A stretch of DNA of 64,000 bases from Saccostrea cucullata (Eukaryota). Location: NCBI RefSeq assembly GCF_032062105.1, contig NW_026918302.1:62001-126000 (forward strand), read 5' to 3'. The notes under the pieces are model-generated. The model worked only from the letters and a program-made list of their open reading frames with translations, was not told the DNA's origin and did not search any database. Positions 11,201-22,200 of the stretch are shown in pieces. Within the stretch, counting starts at the first letter, position 1; every line of letters starts with the position of its first letter. The translations under genes were made by a program, and so were the position numbers.

Positions 11201-14200
11201 CTGTAGTTAAATGGGGCAAAACCACTCAGCGTAATACCACTCGGCACGAACATGTAATCGTGGCGATCCCATCCATTTCCTGCAAGACAGGAGATCTATT
11301 TTAGTATTTGGTGTTCAATCTAATAAGTCACAGTGTAATTGGTGCAAAATTGTTGATTTTTGAGTTCTTGTCATAACCACAGAAATAACTTTTTGTGAAC
11401 TTCTAAATGATGGAGGAGCTGATCAAGATGTTATACTTGGTCTTATAAACAAAGGACCAGAGACATTTAAAAATTTATATGTCTCTGTCATTATATAGTA
11501 CTGTAGCATTTACAAAACAAATAAGGAAAGTAAACCCATCTTCGCTAGCCAAGGATCTCTGATACACTACTCTCTTCATAATCATGAGGAGAGTAGTGTA
11601 TCAGAAACCCTTGGCTAGCGAAGATGGAAAACTATGTGTATTTATACTTCAGTGTTTATATTCAAAATTTGTGCATAAATTTCATAATTTGACAGCATGC
11701 ACATTTTAGATTTAGAAAATAAAATCCATATGACATCATATATACATAATAGCCATGCACTACAGTAAAACTCGTTTAGTACGAACACGGATATAACAAA
11801 TTCACGGATATAGCGAAGTTTTTCAGGGTCCCCGGCAAAATTCGTAACAAATCTTTGTAAAATTGTACGGTTATAACGAACTCTGATATAACAAATTTAC
11901 AGATATAGCGAACTGATTTTGAGTCCCGTTAAGGTTAAATATAATGAAATTTACATCTTTTATAGCGAACTTTCCAACATTATAAAAAATTTGAAAATTT
12001 GAATTGATTTAATTTACTTTTAGCATTTGTATATAAAATTCAATTCATAATAAAACCTTAGTTATCGAAGATATGTTTTGTAATATTTGCTTCCCTAACA
12101 TATTTGGTAGTAATACCTGAAGGAAAACACACATATTGCGAATTCGCTGTAATGGTTATACGAATTCGTTATACGGATATAACGAATTATGGATATAGCG
12201 AAGTAAATTCGCTATAACCGAGTTTTACTGTATAACAGTTTGATAGTGTTATTAACAATTCAACATGAAAGAGAAAATTTTGTCTGCGGTATTCCAGATC
12301 AGAACACAAGAGCTTGCTGTTCGGATTGAAGACAGTGACCGAGGGACTGCTGTCTGGACAGAGCAGTAATGTCTGGAACATCCACGGAGGCCTCAACAGG
12401 ATGTGTGCTCAACTGGAGCATATCATGTACCACGGTCTGAAGAGCATTAAGGTAGGTCAGGGCAGCATATCGTACCATGGTCTGAAAAGCATTAAGGTAG
12501 GTCAGGGCAGCATATCGTACTAAGGTCTGAAAAGCATTAAGGTATGTCAGGGCAGCATATCATGTACCACGGTCTGAAAAGCATTAAGGTAGGTCAGGGA
12601 GTATATCATGTACCATGGTCTGAAGAGCAATAAGGTAGGTGAGGGAGTATATCATGTACCAGGGTCTGAAGAGCATTAATTAAGGTAGGTCTAGGAAGTA
12701 TATCATGTCCCAAGGTCTGAAGAGCATTAAGATAGATCAGGGAGTATATCATGTACCACGGTCTGCATGAGCAGCATTAAGGTACATATAGGTCTGAAGA
12801 GCATCAAGGTAGGTCTGGAGAAATGTAAAGAGCATCAAGATCAAAGGAGATTCCCCAAAAAGTTTAATATAGATCTACTTAGGATGTCAATGGAAAAAGG
12901 TTTAAGTTTTAGTTGTAGGTTCTATTTTATCTTGTGTTTCACTGAAAGCATTTTAAAGTAGGCTTCCTTTTCTTTGGTGGTTTTAAAGTATGTTTTTGGT
13001 TTGGAATGCAGATTTTCATGAATTCTTCAAACCAGAAATGATGAATAATATTACAATCAAACATGTTTACAGTGAGCATGCTTGTTAAGTTGTTACGAAC
13101 TGATGCTTACAGCTTAGTGATTTTCTTTTTACTAGGAGCTTTAAAATATGATTTGAACTTAATTTAATGGACTTTGTTTATAATGAAGCAAAATTCTTTT
13201 TCCCTTGCAATTATGGTAATAAGCATGTTTTACTATGATATCCAGTAATAATAAAAATAAAATTCATTTAAACAGGGAGACTTGGGCATACAGCTTGACT
13301 TCTGGCCAATTGTGTACAGTCTGAAGACATTGAACCCTGTCCTGGCCCCCGCACTGGACAAGGTCAATAGATCAGGAGGAAACAAGGGAACCACCTGGCT
13401 TAGAGAGAGCTTAAGGGACCACACCCTATCCTCCCAGTTATCTACCCTTGTGTCCAACAAGGCACTGATGAGCAAGTTTTACTTCGGTAAGTATCAGTGT
13501 GTTAAAATTTATTATTTTTAATAATGTGGTTTTGCTTGTATTGTTTTGAATTGATTAAGATTATTGGAATATCTGGAATTTCAGAGTTTGCTTTCCTTAA
13601 TGATGAGCAGTACTTCAAGGCTTTGTGTGTCTGTCTTAAAGCCATTGAGCTCAATAGAATTTCCATGTTAGCTGAGCTGGATCTAAAATTGGTACAGGAA
13701 ATTTATTTTATAAAGTTTGATCCATATAAGTATAGCTAGTTTTTGCTGTTTTAACTACTGTAGATCACTTAATTTTCGCGACACCTTATTTTCGCGAGAT
13801 AGTCATTGACTCTTTATTAGCGAGACAAAATTTTCACGAATTGTGGTCATTGCTCTATATAATCTTAAGAAATTCTATAATACGCGAGAATGAAATTTTC
13901 GTGAGCATTCCGTCTCGCGTAATTACGCGAAAATAAAGTTCTCGCGAATAAAAAGTGATTTACAGTATTATACACAGAAATTGAATTGATTCCCAGACAA
14001 TATGTAATAGCTAGGTAATTTCTGCAGTTTTATGACATTGGCCAACTTTTGTTAGGAAATGGACAACTTTAGGTTCATTGACCCTCTGATCAATGAAAGA
14101 TAACTCTTACTGTGACCAGTAAATACCGGTATTATTCCTTTATAAAACTATCAAGCTAGATAGCCATTTCTTTCAAATTTAACCCCGCAAGGTATACTTA

Positions 14201-17200
14201 CCGGTACATTATGTGCATTTTAATTATATATTTTTTAAAGTGGAGAGAAATCAAATCAAAGGCAACATTTTTAAGAATGAAGAGAGAGAGATAATGAACT
14301 TTATTACAATGTATATTATTTTCGTGTACATTTGTATCTATTTTGATCCATGAAGAGAAAAAGGCAAAGTACAAACAGATCAACAGTTCATGAATAACTT
14401 TATCAGTTAAATGTATTTCATGATCATTTATAGATTATATTACTCCAGCCTTGTCTTAGCATTTTATTTTAATGAAATTATCTATTTTTAGCTAAGTCAC
14501 GACCACCATGATATCAAGGGAACCAGAAGTAGATCCTGGGCTGTACCAGAAAGAAAGCATCGTAACTCAGTTGGTGATAGGAAGTCAAGTTCCCATGATG
14601 CTATGGCACTTGCACCACCTTTTGCATCTCCAAAACAGGAGAGCATCTTATGCATGTCTGATGAGCATGCTGTTCCCTCCTCCATAAGTATGAAAATATT
14701 ACTCTCATTTACCGGTAGAATATTTAGAGTTGTTTGATTCGTAATAGATGATGTAGATTTTCGACAGCGTGACATATTTGTATTTGCTTTCTAATTCCTT
14801 TATTTGTAATCTTGAATCCTAAAATTACAGGAGTATTATTCATAATTCTATCCCACTGCCCCAGTCAAATATCACTTCAGTGTAATGAACAACATATTAC
14901 CATTATTACCTTATGTCATTTAAAAACACCTGATACTCAGCAGCTAAGTGGTATGTTCATATGTGTAGATCAATTCATATATCGATATACAGGATGTACA
15001 AGCATATGATGACTGAATAATACCTGTATTATATAAATATTGATTTTAATGTAATATTATGGTATTTGTTTATAGGATCAAATTGACTAACATGTTACAT
15101 TTGTAATATAGCACTGTCTAAACTGAAAATATTGATCTCAAAGACAAAACTATATTGACAAATTTTTTGCCACATATGCAAGTCTGTGCTTTGAAGGCTA
15201 AATTGTTTTTCAAATTTGTGTAAGTCTGGGCTTTATATAACAGGAGAAAGCACAAGTCCAGAAGAAACCAAGACCTTGGCGCGGGAATCTTTAAGGACAG
15301 TTCTACGTAAATCTGGTTCCGAGTCTCCAACAAGGGATGCTCCAGATTTTAGTTTCTATGACAATTTAAATAGTGATCCTCTCCTAAATATAGAATTCAG
15401 TGATGAAATGAACCATAGGGATCCCTCCTTAAAGGAAGTGGTGTCCACTCCACAGCTGGTCAATCATAAGTCCAAAAAGGTCATTGTCAGGAGCCAGTCA
15501 GATATGGGAATTTCCAAAACCTCGGCTGTGATTAAAAATATATACAAAGATAATGAGGACTTTAGCCACGAAACACCGGCGTCTGTGAGTAGACTTGAAG
15601 ACATTTTCTCAGACTCTGAATGTCCTCCAAAGGGAGAAGAAAAGGAAAAGGCCAAAGTGAAAGCAAAAGGACATAAGAGGTCAAGGTCAGATCAAGGAGG
15701 GGTCAAGGTGGAGAAAATGACACAAAAGGAGAATAAGGTTTCAGCAGAAGGAAAAGGAGTAGTAATATATGAAAATAAAGGTTTGTAAACTTTTATCCTA
15801 CATATAAATATCAAGGAACATGAACATGTATTATACAGTACATCAATCAACCAACACAAGTTTTATGACAAATGACATTCACTTATGGATATATTATTAA
15901 GTTGCATGTTATGCTGCAAATACAGTACATGTATCCTTTAAAGTTATAAGTAACCCATACAACAAATTGTTGGATATTACATGGAAATGATGTTTCAAAT
16001 ATTGAAATAATTAAATTTTTGAAATGGATATTGAAAAGTCTATGCCTTATTTAAATATCGAATTTTTATACATCATGTGGCTTTTTAATTAAAGATGTAC
16101 CAGGGGAGGGAACATTTAAACAACCGCTACAGGGACAGTCCCTCATTAATTACCTGTCCTCCCAGGATTTCCACACCTGTGCCAATCTAGACAAGGTAAG
16201 AAATTACAGGTACATGTGTATAATGTCATGATTTTAATTGTACAGTGAACAGGTGCTTGAATTTTGACTATTATTTGAATCCTATTTTTTTTAAAAACCT
16301 GTAAAGAGGTAATGGTTGTGAAAAAGATTTTTCATTTTAGAAATTGAAGGTTCATAAGAGAAATTTTTAATTTCTCATATTAAGAATATCAGTTTTCATT
16401 CAAAAGAAAATTAACATGAGGTATATTACAATAAGTTGTGAATCCTTCTTGTTTTACTTTATAATTTACAGGAGAATGCCCATTTTAGTATTTCTGAGGC
16501 CTTAATAGCAGCCATTGAGCAGATGAAGTGGAACCATGTGATAAGTCCCAAAATACGCGAGGATGTGGATGAAGAGGATTCAGACGAGGAAATCAACAAA
16601 CTAAAACAACGAATCCGGATCAGAAAGCAACAAAAACTAAGGGAGGTAAGTCAACAAACTAAACGAATCCGGACCAGAAATCAACAGAAACTATGGGAGG
16701 TAAGTCAACAAACTAAACGAATCCGGACCAGAAATCAACAGAAACTATGGGAGGTAAGTCAACAAACTAAAACAACGAATCCGGATCAGAAAGCAACAGA
16801 AACCAAGGGAGGTAATCAACAAACTAAAAAAAAATTAATCCGGATCAGAAAGCAACAAAAACTCAGGGAGGTAAGTCAACTAACCAAACAACGAATCCAA
16901 ATCAGAAAAACAACAGAAACTTAGGGAGGTACGGAAAAAATCCTAAACAATAAACCTGGATTAGATATCAGTAGAAACTTAGTGAGTAAGAAAAATAAAC
17001 TTCAACATTGAATCTGGATCAAAGACCAATAGAAAGTAAGGGGGGTAAAAAAAAAAAAAGAAATTTAAGGTCCATAAGCAAAAAATTTTTCTACTTTTTC
17101 TCTTTCACAGAGAGCCAAATTTTTCCCTACATCAAGTGATGGACTGACTGAAAGTAAGTAATTCATAATTTCACTTTTTCACAAGAAGTACTCAACTCTC

Positions 17201-19228
17201 ACTTGATTTTTTTTTTTTCATTTTGTTTATTTGCTTCTATGTACACTGATAATTTTTTTGTACTTTGAATTCTAGTCACAAATATAATTTCATATTTGTT
17301 TTTATTTGTATAGTATAGCATACTTTTGTTTTATAAGTACTTTTGGGCTTTTAATATCCACTATATTTTCATTTTATCAGCTGCTACTACTAGCAAGAGT
17401 CCTTCATCAGTTTTAAGTTCATCCTTCCAAAATAATACAGGTGTGCATTGATATTTGTATTCAAATGTTGAAGTTTGAGTGAATTAAGAACTAGTTAACA
17501 TCTTTTAGTTTAATGCATGTAAATACATTTGTTAATCAAATAATCAGATATATTCAGAAATACATACACTGTATTCACTTCGTGACGAAACATACATATG
17601 TACTTTCAATGATTTCTTTCTATGATTATAAAATATCATTATTTCCTGCATATGTTTGTTTAACTTTTCTCTTTTATTTCACTTCTCAGACAGCAGTGAT
17701 TCTGAAGCTGGGGTGGAAGAAATTGAGTTTACAAGTAAGTTGTCTTTCACTTAATGCACCAGTATTTAGAAATTAAAAATCTAGTAAATTACAATAAACT
17801 TTATTCATAAAATGGGTTGTGCAAGGGCTTTTTAAAAAAAACTTCAAATAAAGAGAAGTTATGTAAAATCCAAAGGCACCTTAGGTTGCACACATCTACC
17901 CCATACCAAGCATTACCTGAACACTCAGCACTACAAAATTTAAATCCTGTTACATGTACCATGATGGCATCCCAGATCAGTGCTAATTAACGTCTACATG
18001 TAGCTTCTGTATATATTGTTCAGGGAAAAATAAATCAACACTTTCCATACAGGAGTCTGAAATTTTAATTACTAACAATTCAAGTTGTAATTCTGTATGT
18101 TAAAAATAAAAGACAGACTTGTCAGAATAGCTGTAACATCATGATAAATAGAATACTACATATGGAATACTGATACATTTTTTTCCATTCAGCAAAAAGA
18201 GAAACAAATCTAAAATAAAGCACCATACAAATGGTGTGATGACAGATGATTGTGAAAATGAAAAAAAAATCAGTTTCTGACAATTCACTTTTAATGCAAC
18301 TGAATTATACAGTTTCAGATAATGAACAAGAAAATGAGGAAAATTTGAGTTTACTCAAATCCAAAGGGCTTTCATTATCCCTGGCTTCACTATACTCAGG
18401 TATGCACTTCAGTCCAAACCTTACCTCTGCTTGCTTACTTCGCAAAGTTTTGATTTCGAGTCCAACCAAGACAGAGAATCGATTGAGTCTGTCAAAGTTT
18501 TAAATTTTCTGATAAAAAATTATTTGTCACTTGTCTGTTTATCTGTATCCTTCTCCAAAACAAGAAATGTACATCAGTTGAAAGCAAAAATTTGATGTTA
18601 AACAGTTTATGGAAATCCTAAAAGACCTTATTTATCCCAATTTGTGCTACTCAGGTGAGTGTAGTTGCACATGAGCCTCTTGTTATTTTGATGCACTGAG
18701 CATGTGAAAGATTTCAAGAAAAAATTGCTTTTATTTTGTTTTAAAAAACTTAATTAATGTTAAAATCATTTCCTCCAAATGAAGTCAGAATATTAATCTC
18801 CAGTATATTTGCTTAATTACATTTACTGAATGACCACTTTCTTTTAAAGATGCTGATTTACAAAAGGTTAAACCTGACAGACAAAGGTAAGTTTTATGGT
18901 ATTGAATGTATGATTTTTCGTTACCATTGTGCTATATTGTAACAATAAAGTTAAATTTTTGAAACCATGCACGATGCTAGAGTAAAAATCTGAGTTGAGT
19001 TTGGACACGAGGTCAAAGACTCATTTAAAACAGATGTTTCTAAAGATTTTAAAATCTATAGGTTTATGTCTTTGTTGTGCAGTTCTATGGAGGTTTCAGA
19101 CCAGTCTGGAGTATCAGCAGAATCTGTGGCCATTCTTCTACTGAAGAAATTCTCAGAAAAGCAGCTTCCCAAGGCATCTGATTTAGAGTGGCTTGTTCCA
19201 ATTTCTGAGGCACCGCAGGAGGTGAGAG

Positions 19229-19279
<51 letters not shown>

Positions 19280-22200
19280 ACATTAATGTCAGTGAATGTG
19301 TGGTGTCACGGATTATCCGCGGATTTATGTATCGTACGTAACGTTATTGTTACGTCACAATACTGTACGTTATGTTTCTATAGTTAATAACAGAGTCTAA
19401 AATAAACCACTATACGATCAAGATGCATTTCTATTCTTTCCACAACAATTTTGGTGCCGTGATCGACGGAATGTCTACATAATACGTAAAATGGAAGGAA
19501 GACTGAAAGCCATACGGGCCGGTAACAGATCAGCGGTGACGAAACTTTTCGGACGATTTTTGGACTTGAAAGAAAATACAGCCAGTGAAGTAACGGGGGA
19601 AATCGAAATAATCAGAAAGTCCCTAACGCAAAAAAGACAAACTCTACAAGAACTAAATGAACGCATATTAGACGCATTATCTGAAGAGGACATAGAAGAA
19701 GAAATCACAAACACAGATGAGTATATGTACGAATTAGACTGCAAAATTAAGAAAACAGAAAAATTTACGATAAGGTTTCATGTAAAACTTTGAACGCCAG
19801 TGCTGAGTGTTTTGTACCCGCCTTAGAAATTCATGATAGTAACGTAAACACAGCAGCTGCAATCAACTCAAGTGAAACGGCTTGTGAGAATATTCTAAAC
19901 AATTTTCCTGCCACTGATCTCGATGAACAAAGTAACCACGATTGGCAGAAAAATGTTTTGTCATTACCATCCAACCAGGCCACAAATAATCATCGACTAC
20001 CGAAACTAAATCTTCCACATTTTGACGGGGATATACTAGAATGGAATACATTTTAGGATTCATACGAATCAACAATTCACCGCAACCAAACTTTAACACC
20101 AATTCAGAAGTTTTCGTATCTCAAGGCTCAATTACAGGACGCAGCAGCACAAACCATTGCAGGATTTACTCTCACAAACGCAAATTATGAAACCGCCATA
20201 GACCTGCTCAAGGAACGGTTTGGTCAACCGCAAAAAATTATCAATGCACACATGAGAGCACTTATGGAACTGCATGCCCCGAGAAACGACGCCATAAGTT
20301 TAAGAAATTATGGAGACTGCTTGGAATCTCAGGTCAGGAGTTTAGAGTGTTTAGGACAAAAACAAGAGATGTACGGAGCTTTACTTATTCCAGTCATAAT
20401 CAACAAGCTACCAGCTGAAATCCGGAAAAACATTGCACGTGAGTACGATGGTGACAACATTTCACTACACAATCTTCGTAAAGCTATCAGCAAAGAAGTC
20501 AAAATCCTTGAATCAGGCCAGATTGAAAACAGCGATGAATTCCACGCAACAGCAATGTTTCTTACCGGAGCCTCAAAGAAACAACGCCATGTTCATAATG
20601 GACACAACCAGAAAACAAGAAAGTCAACTCCTTATGTCGAAAGAACAGAGATAAAGAGCCGCCCATGCATTTATTGTTGCACAGAGAATCACTTTCCAGG
20701 GGACTGTAAGAAAGTTACAGAAGTAAGTACAAGATTCGATATCTTAATATGGAAGAAATTATGTTTCAACTGCTTAGGAAACCACCGCGCCACAGATTGT
20801 AAATCCCGCAACAGATGTAAAAAGTGCCAGAAGAAACACCACACAAGTATATGCGACATGAAACTAACGAGGGACAGAGACGAGCCCACCAAATCAACAA
20901 TTGTCAACATTGTAGGAACGAGCAAACCAAAACTCACAGAAATAAACGTTGAACAACGACATAAAAGTGTTTTATGGAAATCAGCTTCCACTTCTGTGAG
21001 TCGGACTGTGGACTCCATTCAAGAACGTAGCAAGCTGACTAACAAGATAAAGCAACTTAAGTCAGAGCTGAAGTCTAAGACAGAAAGGATTAACGCTTTG
21101 GAACGAGAAAATGGTACCCTGCTAGAGAGATTGTTAAATTTTGACCAACAAAGAAATTTTCAGACTATTGAAGGATATGATGGAACAGATAAATAAACTA
21201 GCGTACGAAAACGGGCGTCTGCATAACGAGGTTCATGAATTACAGAATCAAGTTGTTAATATCAAGACCTACAGCACTCACTTGGAGCATTTTCATGCTA
21301 AAAACAGCAATCTTCAGTCACGATATGATTACGCCCAAAGGCAAATAAGTTGTTGTGGAAAGAATAGAAATGCGTCTTGATCATATAGTGGTTTATTTTA
21401 GACTCTGTTATTAACTATAGAAACATAACGTACAGTATTGTGACGTAACAATAACGTTACGTACGATACATAAATCCGCAGATAATCCGTGACATGTGGA
21501 ATCAAAATCTATTTAGTTGAACTTTTTGAAATATTTCTTTTTTGCTTTGCAGTTACTTCCCTTGCCAAAGTCTTATCCAATATCCCCTGATGATGGGGAA
21601 AGTGAAATGGAAGGATTTACAAACTCTGTGATTGGGGTAAGAAACATGGCAACTTAATGGTTGCATAAGATGTATTTATTTACATGTAAAAAAAAAAGTC
21701 TTTCTAAGACTGCCACACTTTTTGGTCTGACATCTTATTGCAGTGCTTTTTTTTCAGGCATTGAGATTGAGGGGAAACAATGAATGGGCCCCTCCCCGAT
21801 CTCAGATAATTTTTGACATTCATCCATATCAGAAGTGAGTGAAACTTGAAATCAAACTAAGAGCATTATTGTCTTATTTTGTGTCAACTGTGAAAAGGAG
21901 AGTTAATTTTAAATACCCCTAATGTACAGTACATTAAAATATAATAGACAAAAGATAAAAGTTTATTTAAATACAAATGTAATTTGATGAATTTTCAGGA
22001 GAGGGGATGTAATGGAAAAACAGAATTTCCGGTGTGCTGGATGTGGAACCAGAGTTGAACCAGGTAAACCGACTGAGAACTGGTTTTAATTAAATTCTTA
22101 GAAAGCAAAATTTTTGTATATTTTATAGACAGTATAAAAATTATTTCCTTTTGATATACACTGTGTATACATATATGCAGTGTTTGTTTTTCTATTTTTT

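Larger units (their letters stand above)
19304..21494 (+). mobile_element. BEL/Pao-derived Gag-only element bounded by inverted 144-bp LTR-like repeats, 5-bp TSD (TGTGG)
   Basis: Left repeat 19304-19447 (TGTCACGG...CCACAACA); right repeat 21351-21494 is its reverse complement (141/144 identical). TGTGG at 19299-19303 and 21495-21499; PBS at 19452; BEL-type gag inside; no pol. Confidence 0.93.

Noticed and set aside
21136-21160. Two in-frame A_AAT_TTT slippery heptamers near the gag end, suggesting programmed -1 frameshifting
   Set aside because: The -1 frame hits TGA within 1-4 codons; the downstream coiled-coil ORF is in the +1 frame, so a mutational indel is simpler.
21340-21350. Possible degenerate second PBS inside the right repeat (minus strand ACTTATTTGCC versus ATTTTGGTGCC)
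   Set aside because: Only 7/11 identity, the essential TGG is missing and similarity does not extend.
19304-21494. Classification as a DIRS or Ginger element
   Set aside because: DIRS lack TSDs and PBS and encode RT plus tyrosine recombinase; Ginger encodes an integrase. Here only a BEL-type Gag, a PBS and a 5-bp TSD are present.
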